Shown piece by piece: positions 27,501 through 40,380 of a DNA stretch of 64,000 bases. The position numbers and the translations under genes are program-made. Location: the NCBI RefSeq assembly GCF_026571515.1, contig NW_026864914.1, positions 248,001-312,000 on the forward strand, written 5' to 3'. Numbering within the stretch: position 1 is the stretch's first letter; every line of letters begins with the position of its first letter. The notes beneath the pieces were generated by a model. The model searched no databases and was not told the origin of the DNA. It saw only the letters and a program-made list of their open reading frames with translations. This stretch comes from Ruditapes philippinarum (lineage: Eukaryota).

Positions 27501-29600
27501 CTTGATATAATGTGAAATATAATACGAAATATAACATGCTTCTTGCTGGTTTGACAATTGAGCTTTTTTTTAACGTTTTAAGTCAATTGTCATGAAAACA
27601 ACTAATTGATATTCATACGATATTTGAAGACAAAGCAAGTAGCTGTTGATAACTTCTTCTTATTTTGCCAACAACTGAAATTCTTGTTCACACCTTTATC
27701 TACCTATTGTCTTATGTCAATAAGAAAAAAAATATTAATCTGTACTATCTAATGTCAAATTATCCTCAAAATACAGAGAGCATCGTTTCGGATCTGAATG
27801 AATAACTCTTTTTGTCGGTGTATCAAAGTCAAAATGGATATATCTGTATAAATTTCGTGCATAATTGTAAATTAGTCTACAATTGAAGGTTTCTCATACC
27901 ATAATTAATTATGCTGATAGTAACACCAAAACTACGACAGAATAATATACTCAACATCACTAATTCCGCGTCATCACTTATTTCACGGTAATGGCTATTT
28001 TCATGTGACCAGTGTTAAAATGGTCTGAATTGACATATTTTATTCATACACCTAAACAACAAAGTTTTTGTGCAAAATATTTTAAATCTCTAGCTTTTTG
28101 CGTAAAATAGAACAACATTTTACAAATATCTGCAAAAGGCAACAATAGTCCATTAAATTTATGCATATGTCTGAAACAATCATCATTTTCTTGATGTTCT
28201 TGTTTGTTGCAAAAATAAATTTTACACCATTTCCGCGATTTAAATGATGACATACTGTTTTCAAAATGGCCGACATATGATCTACGTCTGGCCCATTAAA
28301 ACTGATTTTGACTAAATATATTTTTGTTTCCTTGTGTCATGCAGCAGAATATGTTACAGCTCATGACAATTTTTGTACCATACGTTTCATTTGTTGTTTT
28401 CTTTCTTGTTCAAATGGTTAAGTACCGTGAACTAAGAGGAGCACAGTATAGTATATATTTATATATAGCAGATATAAAATTGTTCAAGAACAAAAACTAA
28501 TATTTGAAATACTTTAGGAAACAGTTTCCATTCTTAATAACACAATGAGAAATAATGTCAATGAGAAATAATGTATCATTTATAAATATATACATGTATA
28601 TATCGTATATAAATTGAACCTCAAATATCAGAATCGAAACCAGGATTGTATTGTTATTAGATGGATACACATAAACAACGATACAGATTAGCAATTTATG
28701 TATTCAAATTCACATAATTTCGTATCATAATTATGTAAATAGTTACTATCCATGATATCAGACAAATAGCTTATTTAATTATTTGGGAAAAAAAGAATAA
28801 AATATGCGTTTTGAATAATTTATTATGTTGATTGAAGAGAAATATATTTACAAATAAATTTAACGATAATCTTCAAAACAAACAAATATAAAATCATCGA
28901 TAGGAGAAGTAATAATTGTATCAATATTCCATTAACAAAACAAATAGCACTTTATCTATACGCACTGAATAACGTTTTAAAATAAAACTTTAGAAACATT
29001 TACATTTACTTTCCATCAAAATTTAAAAAAGAAACACAGCTGCTGAAATAATCTAAATATTTAAACAGAACAGGCAATCGTTAAGATCAAAATGCACTAC
29101 ACATGTATGTCAGATAACATGCATATCACGTTCCAAGCTATATCTTTATAAAATGTATTGTTTATGTTCATGTTTTTGTGGCTTCCATTCAGAATTTCAA
29201 TAATTCAATGGGTTAAATCCAAAAGGAAAATGTTTCTCTTGTGTCTGCAGTCTTCAACTGTTTCCAATCGTCATCAAAGAAACAACAGTTGCATTCTTGT
29301 GGGGCCCCAACAAAGTATCGAAATGCATTTTCCTTCTTTTTCAGAACCCATGATGTAAATATTCATCTGAAAAAAATATTAAGAAACGTAAAGTATATAT
29401 TATCTTGAGGAAAAATATATTGGATAAAATCTACTTAATTTCAATAAATATTCATAAAGAGCCTACCTTAGGAACAATTAGGTACAATGACCATAAAATA
29501 ATATATACAAAATAAAATATTATTTAATACATCACAAGTATAAATAATAAAATTAATGTTATGCATTTTAATCACAAAAATGTCTAAAAATATAGCTTAA

Positions 29601-29911
29601 CCCTTTCGCTGCCAGAGGGTTATTGTTTTATTGTTCACTTATTTGCCAGAGGATTTTCTAAGAAATTACTATATTAATAATTAATATAATTAGTATTATT
29701 TGTTATTAGTATTATAATAATTATATATGTTTCCAAATCTGTTAGTATAATAATAATTATTGTCGATCGTATAATTTTCTTTATATTTGTTATTATTTTT
29801 TTATTATGATTATTAATTTATTATTATTACTATCAATATTATAGAAACGGCTTAAGCCGTCCATATGGCAAATACGCCGAAAATAACAGGGTCCCTATGG
29901 CAGTGAAAGGG
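29601..29911. mobile_element. piggyBac-type MITE, 311 bp
   Basis: TTAA target duplication on both sides (29597-29600, 29912-29915). 19-bp TIRs CCCTTTCGCTGCCAGAGGG / CCCTATGGCAGTGAAAGGG (2 mismatches); AT-rich interior. Confidence 0.9.
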
Positions 29912-30880
29912 TTAAGAAACCTAATAAATGCATGTCCACTAAGCTAGTTAACATTTCTCAAAAGAATATTAATTTTTGCCTTTTATTTGAAATTGTATAC
30001 ATAACTACCAAACATTTAAGATATAACAGTAAACTATACATATATTCAAGTTTTATTTATCTAATGAAATGAATATACATTCTCTTTATATGCAATTAAA
30101 ATTAATATATGGTTGATTTTAAACAAAACGTTTTTTCTTCTACATGAAGTTGTACTGTTTTATTATTAATGTCTTGGGGGAAATGAAGTCACCTTTTTGT
30201 TTGCTTCATTCACTGCATGTATACTTTTTATTCACTGCATGTATAATTCTAAATTCATCTAACATGAAATACAATTATGGAAATGTGATTAAAATATGCA
30301 GCTATGGTATGTAACTTAAAGGCCGCAGTTTTAACGTCTATTTTTATAGAAATCTAAATGAGCATATTTTTATACATAATAATTCATTTTCCTATTTGAG
30401 TAGGACAGATCACATTATTTTCTTAAAATTTTTGTTTTTAAGAAAAAGAACGAAATAGCATTTTGTTATTTAAAACAAAGTAAAATATATTGGTTTAGAT
30501 TTTTTCTAATGATATTATCAACTTTGGTAAAGAAAATGAATCCAAATTTTCAATTTTGTCACAGAAAAAATCAATTTATGCTTCTCCCCTGCATTTAAAT
30601 GACTGTGTTCTTTTAATAAACAAAAAAGTGGAATGAAAAAATGGAAGATATCAAGATTGCAATTATTGTTGTTCTTTTTTGGTTTCAATATTTGATTAAT
30701 TATTAAGATGCAGACCTTTAAATTCAACAAAAAATAATTAAACTTAACATTTTCTAAGATATAAATCTAAACAAATTGTTTTTATTTTGTTTTAGATTTG
30801 TTGCTGAAAATGCATTAATAAAAACATTAATTTTCTGTCAGCATAGCATTTATGACTTTACTTATAGTTTAATAGCTTAA

Positions 30881-31080
30881 AGCTGCACGCCTGCAGATAA
30901 GCCAAAATAGTTTAAGAAAATGAAAATTGAGAAAAATGTACTAATATTTCAAGAAAGGTAAAAACAATCAAGATCAATGTTAAAGTTTACATGTTATTTG
31001 CGATTTAAGACTGATTTTGCAGTATTTAATCACCATATTTCTACTGCATTACTAACGCAGTAAGGGCTTTTTTGCACATT
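30881..31080 (+). mobile_element. Terminus of a TTAA-flanked non-autonomous DNA transposon (Kolobok-like)
   Basis: TTAA|AGCTGCA terminus. About 200 bp homologous in inverted orientation to 57172-57372, including 31/32 identity over ATATTTCTACTGCATTACTAACGCAGTAAGGG. Confidence 0.6.
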
Positions 31081-31299
31081 TTGACCTCTTCTTGGTTATT
31101 TGCACGGATTGTAAGTGCCAATTGCAATATGTAAATAACTTTATTTGTTCACCTCACAATATTTTACTGTCAAATACATTATCAAAATATTAATGTCAAT
31201 TTAAAAATTATTCTTGTGAAATAACAGCAGAGTTATTGTTTTCTTTATGACATACCATAATTGTAAATAAATACTAATTTACAAACCATATCAAAATTG

Positions 31300-34200
31300 T
31301 ATTTTTTTTAAGAAATCATTAACATAAATATGTGACAGACTGTAAGTTGAAATGAATATTTTTGAAATCGTTTAATAATGATTAAATATTACAATATAAA
31401 TTACATTTTCAAAACTGTTAGACTGAAAATATATACTGAAATATCTTCCATGATGGAAAGTGTATAAATATGTATTTTTATATTAAAAGATAAAATGTTA
31501 ACTTATAAACAATTTATGTATAGAAAAGTATTCACTTCTTTACTTTTTTCAGTTTATTTTTATTTTTTGATAAAAAAAAACTTGTAGATATTCTGAAATA
31601 AAACGTGTATTTGTTTTGAAATTCTACATTTTACATCCTATAAATTGGAAAAGTGCATTTTAACATATTTGTGAAATTGTTGACTTTGTTTGTCAACTAA
31701 CACAATAAATAATTTTATCAACATTTTTCAAATAATGTTGTATATGTTGAAATACTCTATGAATTACATGTTTACTTTTGCACATTTGTTTACGATTCAT
31801 TATTGTTTTAATTTAATAATATAATATATCAAAATGCATGTGACAACTATTTGATGTCCAATAATGAATATTTATACTTTATAATATTCGATGTATTTAG
31901 TAATGAAAACTTCATAATATTCCGTTATTAAAATTGTATATTTGTGGTATTCTATTAATGAAAATGTTTATTTCCTGATATTCTATATTTGCTACCTCAC
32001 TTTTTTGTAATGTTAATTTCCAATAGACCAATGCCAATTATTCGTACTGTTAATTCAAGTGAACCATGTGACTTAAAATATTGTACTGTTACATACATGT
32101 ATTAAACAGTACTTTTACACAAATAAAACCTATAGAAACAGTGTCCCAATGGAGTATTTATTCGTCGGGTAACAGTATTTTTCTCAGGGAGGTATTTGTA
32201 TTGTTACTCACAAACCAATGTGTTATTCATAAAATATCCTATGAGCATAAATATCTATTTTCAAAGATATTTGTTTTTGACTAGTATCTAGATTCTACTA
32301 TCATACTTAGTATAAATGAAGATGAAAATAACTTGTTTTTAATTAAATGAAATTGTAATCTTTCTGATAATAATTTGACCATCAATTCTTTTGGCATTCT
32401 ATAAATAATAAAACAAAGAATTATATATAATATTCATTGAATAAACTTAAATAGTCTTTAATATTTGATAAACAAGGATGTATAAGTGAAACACTATATT
32501 TTACCATCTGTACTTTACAATCTAGAAATTTGAATGAATATTTTTAAACATTTTTGCATTTAAAGTATGAAAACAAACAGCTTTTAATTTGATATTGAGA
32601 AAATAAAAACACAAAATTCAATGCATCTATTCTTTGTTGCAGTCTGTATGTTAAAACCCATTGTTTACAATCTATCAGTTTTAATATTCCACAAATGAAA
32701 AAATTGAAATTTTCAATTAACTAACAATAAAACCTTAACTATTTGACAATCTTTATTTTATCTAGCAATACATTTTAACATTCTAAAGACGACAATGAAA
32801 TGGTTTTCTACAATAGATGAAAATATAAACTTTCTGAAATTCCATAAGTTCTTCACAGTTACTTAATGGAAGTAATTAAATTTAAATAATCTGAAAATAG
32901 AAAATAGGAATGGTTTTATTTTAATTTTGTTCATTAAAAACGTATACTTTATGACAATCTTCATTTAATCATATATAAATTGAAAATGTATAGTTTTGTA
33001 ATATTCTATTAAAGTGAATACAATGAAAAAAAAAATCAATTAATATTTCAAATATTGATAAAACAATAGAAATGTATCACTTGGAAATTCTTATAAATGT
33101 AACATTTGCATGATGAATAATAATATTTTGTTCTAGAATATTTTATTATCTGCTATATAAATATAATATCGGATCATGAATCCCACACTTGCCAACAACT
33201 TCCATGTATAATTTTTTCATGGTTCGTTAATATGCCTAATAATACTACAAACGTAACTATTCATGAAATTACATACCCTCCATTATATACCAAATCACTT
33301 AAATAATAAAACTGTTTTGTTTTAAATAATCTATAAATGAAAATAAAAATTAAAATATGTTTTACAAATTTACAAAGGAAAGGTATACCTCCTGATAAAC
33401 TTTATTTGACAATATATATATTGTATGACATTCTTTAAATAAAAGTTTATATATTTCATTATTCAATAACTGAAAATGAGTAGTTAAAAATAATCTGTCA
33501 TTAAAAATATAAACCTCAACAACCTGTATTTAACCATCACTACATTTGTTATTTCTACAAATGACAATGGATAGTTCTAGATGTTCTATGAATGAAAAAA
33601 AATATTTAAAATTCTAAAAATTAAAATGAATACTATCTTATATTCTATTTTAACAATATATTTTTTAAAGCTAGCTATATTACATACTTCTTATGAAAAT
33701 AAATGTTCTTAATATTCTTTAAATGACAATTAATAGCTTTTTACAAATCTATTAATAGAAAATAATTAATATACTTCAATATTCTATAACTTAAAATGTA
33801 CTGTTTCTGTCATTCTGTCTTTGACAATGTACAATGTTTTGCGTTTAATAGCTAAACCAAATTGCATAATTTTCACTATTTTATATTTGTAAATGTATAT
33901 TTAACAATGATCTATTCTAATGTAGCAGTACACACTCTCAAGTTTTCAACATTAAGGAATATATTATATATTTTTAATATTCTTCAGGTGAAAAGGTACA
34001 ATTTTCATTATCATATAATTCAAAAGTATAAATTGTACAATGAATATTTTAAAACAATAAATGAAATACAATTTATAAACTAAAAATGTATATTTTATCA
34101 TTCAATGTTTTAAAAGGTAAAGTTTTCATAATATTTTGTAATTGAAAAAGTATACTTAATCATTGTTGTTAATGGATACTTTTGAGCATACCATTCTTAC

Positions 34201-35661
34201 AAAATGAATGCTTAACAACATTTTATAAATCAAGCATATGAGCTTGACATTCTATTAGTGACAACCCATTCTCACCTATATTCCATCAGTTTTAAACATC
34301 AGTTACATGAAAATGAATAGTTTTTATTAAACACTATATAAAATTTTAAAATATCTGATATTCCACATAATGGCTATGTATATATTTTTTATATTCCAAA
34401 ATAACAATGAATGATTATTAATAGTCTATGAATAAAAATAAATAGTTTTTATATTCATTACATGAAGAAAATACCATTATTACCATCAGTTCTTCATATT
34501 CTATAAATGAAATTAATAGATTTTTATAGTTTCAAATGAAAATTAAGAACTATTTTATTTTTCTATAAATGAAAATGTAAACTTTCTGCCAATCTATATT
34601 TGGCAAACTATACTTTACATTCTATAACTGAGATTACTATAATTTGTAATATTCTATAAAAGAAATCAAGTACATGAAGTTTTAAACAACTTTAATAAAA
34701 ATATTTTCAATATTTTACAAATAAGAAGTAAACTGCCTGACAATTTTTATTGTCTTACATTCTAAAAATAAATATTTCTAATTCTAAATATTATATCAAT
34801 GAATTTAAGTTAAGCAGTTTAAAATCATCTGTCAGTGAAAATCTGAACTTTGTGACATATTGTATTTAACCATATATACCTTTCTTTAACTCTAAAATGA
34901 CAATCAATAAAAATAAATATATTTCTAAATATCCCTGTAATAAAATGTATACTTTTTTATATATTCTTATATATTATTTTAATTAATATAGGTCTAGGCC
35001 TTGAAATTCTAAAGAATATGATTCTCTACGTTTTCCATATAATATCTAAAGATTCTGTGAAATCATAGTTTATTAAAATGCTTTTCTGATGAAATTGAAT
35101 TTTATATAGCTTTAACAAATCTATAAATAGAAAATAATGAATAAAATCTAAGATCCTTTTAATCAAAATTCTGATATTCTGATATTCCATGTTCACGGTT
35201 GTGTATTCAATAGCTTAATGTAAATGCATATTTTTTAATGTTCTGTTTTTGAAAATTTAATATTTAGTAATTAATTATTACAAGTACATAGCTTTTTTAT
35301 ATGTTTATGTTTACATTTTAACATTCTTTAAGTGAAAATGTACAATTTTCATTATTATATAATTGAAATGTACAACTACAAAAATAGTTTTTCAGAACGA
35401 AAATGTATATTTTTACACCCAATGATTTACACAGTAAAGTTTTCATTATATTCTTGTAAATACACTCTTAGCAATAAATTATTATTGTTAATAAATACTT
35501 TTGAACATACCATTCTTAAAAATAAATGTTTCACAGCATTTTATAAAAAAGAGAACAGGAATTTGAAAGAGGTTTTTCTTAAACAAAACATTGCTGTTAG
35601 GTTTATTTGTTAAGAGCACTATATTTTTGTATATGCATGTATATTCTATAAATAATCTAAA
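31300..35661 (+). repeat. Highly degenerate ~30-bp AT-rich satellite (consensus approx. AATATTCTATAAATGAAAATGTATACTTTT) with higher-order duplication
   Basis: ATTCTATAAATGAAAAT variants recur at roughly 28-32 bp spacing; 33370-34230 is an older direct copy of 34715-35550. Boundaries approximate. Confidence 0.65.
34720..35661 (+). repeat. Segment A of inverted segmental duplication (partner A' 37618-38861)
   Basis: Reverse-complement alignment by eye, roughly 90-95% identical; the ORF track shows the same peptide on opposite strands (35332+ and 37793-). Confidence 0.92.
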
Positions 35662-35665
35662 CTAT

Positions 35666-37181
35666 CTATTAAATGTTTTGTAATCTAATAAATATGACAG
35701 TAAAATGTTGTTTACATATTGTATGCAGCTGAAATCAACAGCAGTCTTAAATTTAAAATGATTAAACATATTAATATAATATATTCTTTAATACTTTATC
35801 TCTTGTTTATGTATAAGATGCATGCTATTTTAATTGGTTTGTTAAATTTCTATGTATATGGAAAATTGGAATATGGCAAGAATATGAAAGCATAAACTAG
35901 TAATGTGACCATGGTGAAAATAATGATGAAGATTCCTTATGAGTACTCTATCATATTTGTGTATTCATTGCTCTTGATAGGGCTTATTGTTTTGGGCTTA
36001 TATTTTCTTCTTCATATTTTATACAATTATTGAGATACCTTTTTATCTAGAAAATTGCATAAATGAATTTTTCAATTCGGTGTCTTATTGATACTGAAAT
36101 ATAGTTTATAAATAATTAATAAATCAATGTAATATTTATTTTGACATTATTTTATTTGTTACAATATACATTAAAACAATTGATTACATATTTAGCACAT
36201 GTAGATTTCACATGGAATGCTTGTATGTATTTTCTTTAACTAAATGCATAAATTTATTGAAATCTAGGAAATTTTCAGATTTTTTATTGAAATCTTTAGA
36301 ATTTTCAGATTTTAACTTTTTATTACCTTTTAAGTATACTTTAATTCAGTTTTATTTGTACACATACAAAAATCTAACATGTAAGCATGTATTCAAAGGA
36401 TTTCAAGATACATAAAGAATTATTACATTGTTCAACATAGAGAAATATCATACTGTAACAATATAAAATTTCATTTTATAATATATAACATGAAGTATAT
36501 AATTTATTATATAAAAGTATTAAACTGTAATAGGTCAGTATTAAAGATATATTATGCTCAAATGAGATATTTGAAATACTGATAATTTCTTTGCAATCTT
36601 TTTTAAGTGTAAACACAGTACACACATAGAAGAAATTCAAAATAATGAGAAGAAATGATGCATTTCAAAATAATACACTCAATATAAATACACAGTGTGA
36701 ATACATAGTGCTTTTATAAAACTGGCAGTTTTTTTTAAATAAATGATCACACAAACTTGACCAGTGATAGAGAATACAGCTTCCCAAACAATGTTTGTGC
36801 ATTCTCCTTTACAAATTAGACATATGCAGTAAGAATTTCCTAGATTTTTATCATTTTTGCACTAACAATATTTTACCTAAATATGAGCATAGTATCTTTA
36901 AAGCTTCATTTTATTATTTTGATTAAAAATCAAAACAGATGAATTATTGTTGCACATAATATGTTTGTTGCCATTTCATTCTCATAAAAGATTCACTGAT
37001 TTAATTATATGAATTTGATATACATGTAGATATTTGAGGGTGATGCATGATGTTTACTAAAAGATGGCATACTAAAAGTCAAAAAGTTTCAAAAAAAATG
37101 AAAATCAACAACAAAAAGTGCAAGAAGTTTTTGAATTCTGATTTATCACAAAGTAATATACTTTGAATAAATATTGAATAA
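35666..37181 (+). repeat. Segment B of inverted segmental duplication (partner B' 38857-40380)
   Basis: Reverse-complement alignment by eye, e.g. CCAGTGATAGAGAATACAGCTTCCCAAAC at ~36761 vs GTTTGGGAAGCTGTATTCTCTATCACTGG at ~39268. Confidence 0.92.
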
Positions 37182-37617
37182 CTTTTTGTGTTATAGTGGA
37201 ATATTGCTTTAGTTCTAAAGGCATTTCTTTTCCAAACTCTATATATATTAGAGTGTTTTAAAACTTCATATTATCTTGTTATGATTTTGAAAAATATACA
37301 AGGTTACATAACGGAAACATTTCAATTGTAGAATATTAAAAAAGCTATCATTTTCTTTTGCAAAAATGAAATGTATGCAAATTAGTGTAGAAAAGTACAC
37401 TTCTTTCAAAGTTATATACACTTACTTTGATAAAATGCTTATAGATGTGATTTATTGATTAATGTTGAACATGTTGAACGAAAGTAAATATATTTTCAAA
37501 TATATTATGTTGAAATGTTAACATTTTATTAGTCAATTCATGTATTTTCACATACATGTATATTACATTTAGAAGAATACATTTTTGATTACATAATGTA
37601 AAAATGCTAATATAAAT

Positions 37618-40380
37618 TTTAGATTATTTATAGAATATACATGCATATACAAAAATATAGTGCTCTTAACAAATAAACCTAACAGCAATGTTTTGTTTAA
37701 GAAAACCTCTTTTAAATTCCTGTTCTCTTTTTTATCAAATGCTGTGAAACATTTATTTTTAAGAATGGTATGTTCAAAAGTATTTATTAACAATAATAAT
37801 TTATTACTAAGAGTGTATTGACAAGTTTATAATGAAAACTTTATTGTGTAATTCATTGGGTGTAAAAATATACATTTTCGTTCTGAAAAACTATTTTTGT
37901 AGTTGAACATTTCAATCATATAATAATGAAAATTGTACATTTTCACTTAAAAAATGTTAAAATGTATACATAAACAAATAAAAAAGCTATGTACTTGTAA
38001 TAATTAATTACTGAATATTAAATTTTCAAATACAGAACATTAAAAAATATGCATTTACATTAAGCTATTGATATGAACATGGAATATCAGAATATCAGAC
38101 TTTTGATTAAAAGGATCTTAGATTTTATTCATTATTTTCTATTTATAGATTTGTAAAAGCTATATAAGATTCAATTTCATAGGAAAAGCATTTTAATGAA
38201 CTATAATTTCACAGAATCTTTAGATATTATATGGAAAACATGTAAAAATGTATACATAAACAAATAAAAAAAGCTATGTACTTGTAATAATTATTTACTG
38301 AATAATAAATTTTCAAGTACAGAACATTAAAAAATATGCATTTACATTAAGCTATTGAATACACAACCATGAACATGGAATATCAGAATATCAGAATTTT
38401 GATTAAAAGGATCTTAGATTTTATTCATTATTTTCTATTTATAAATTTGTAAAAGCTATATAAAATTCAATTTCATAGGAAAAGCATTTTAATAAACTAC
38501 AATTTCACAGAATCTTTAGATATTATATGGAAAACTTAGAGAAACATATTCTTTAGAACTTCTACGCCTAGACCTATATTAATTAAAATAATATATAAGA
38601 ATATATTAGAAAGTATACATTTTATTACAGGGATATTTAGAAATATATTCATTTTTATTGATTGTGTCATTTTAGAATTGAAGAAAGGTATTGATAGTTA
38701 AATAAAATATGTCACAAAGCTCAGATTTTCATTGACAGCTGATTTTAAACTTCTTAACTTAAATTCATTGATAGAATATTTAGAATTAGAAATATTTATT
38801 TTTAGAATGTAAGACAGTACAGATTGTCAAATAAAAATTGTCAGGCAGTTTACTTCTTATTCAATATTTATTCAAAGTATATTACTTTGTGATAAATCAG
38901 AATTCAAAAACGTCTTGCACTTTTTGTTGTTGATTTTCATTTCTTTGAAACCTTTTGACTTCTAGTATGCCATCTTTTAGTAAACATCATGCATCACCCT
39001 CAAATACTGCAAATAATATATAATTAATATATCTACATGCATATCAAATTCATGTAATAAAATCAGTGACTCTTTTATGAGAATGAAAGGCAACAAACAA
39101 ATTATGTGTAACAATAATTCATCTCTTTTGATTTTTGATCAATCAAACGAAGCTTTAAATGTACTAAGCTCATATTTAGGTAAAATATTTTTATTGCAAA
39201 AAATTATAGAAATCTAGGAAATTCTTACTGCATATGTCTTATTTGTATAATAGAATGCACAAACAATGTTTGGGAAGCTGTATTCTCTATCACTGGTCCA
39301 GTTTGTGTGGTCCTATATTTAAAAAAAAACTGCCAGTTTTATAATGGCACTATGCATTAATACTGTGTCTTCATTTAGAGTGTATTATTTTGAAATGCAT
39401 CATTTCTTCTCTGTGTGTACTCACATGACTTTTTATTTACACTTTAAAAAAGACTGTATAGAAATTATTAGTATTTTCAAATATCTCATTTGAGCATAAT
39501 ATATCTTTAATATTGACCTATTACAGTTTAAAGCTTGTTCTATAATAAATTATATACTTTATGCTTTATATTATAAAAAAGAAATTTTATATTATTACAG
39601 TATGATATTTCTCTATGTTGAACAATGTAATAAATATTTATGTCTCTTGAAATCCTTTTAATACATGCTTACATGTTAGATTTTTGTATGTGTACAAATA
39701 AAACTAATTAATGTGATCTATACTTTATATTTAATAAACAGTTACAATCTGAAAATAAAAGAAATCTGAAAATTTCCTAGATTTCAATAAATCTATGCAT
39801 TTAATTAAAGAAAATACATACAAGCTTTTCATGTGAAATCTACATGTGCTAAATATGTAATCAATTGTTTTTAATGTATATTGTAACAAATAAAATAATG
39901 TCAAAATAAATATATCATTGGTTTATTAATAATTAATAAACTGTATTTCAGTATAAATAAGACACCCTATTGAACAATTCATTTATGCAATATTCTAGAT
40001 AAAAAGGCATCTAAATAATTGTATTAAAATATGAAGGAAAAAAAATAAGCCCAAAACAATAAGCCCTATCAAGAGCAATAAATACACACATATGATACAG
40101 TACTCATAAGGAATCTTCAAAATTATTTTCACCATGGCCACATAACTAGAATATACTTTCATATTCTTGCCTTATTCCAATTCTCTATATACATTGAAAT
40201 TAAACAAAGTCAAATAGCATGCATCTTATATATAAACAAGAGATAAAATATTAAAGAAAATATTATATTAATATGTTTCATTATTTTATATTTAAGGCTG
40301 ATGTTGATTGCTGCTGCAAACAGTAATTAATATACAGTATTGTACTGCTATACTTGCAAGACTACAAAACTTTTAATAGT
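37618..40380 (-). repeat. Inverted copies A' (37618-38861, with an internal ~285-bp tandem duplication 37958-38239 / 38244-38535) and B' (38857-40380)
   Basis: Direct comparison; the A'/B' junction overlaps on TTATT. Confidence 0.9.

Noticed and set aside
35332-37793. Paralogous protein pair on opposite strands (INTFEHTILKNKCF...)
   Set aside because: By-product of the inverted duplication in AT-rich satellite DNA; the frames are broken by indels
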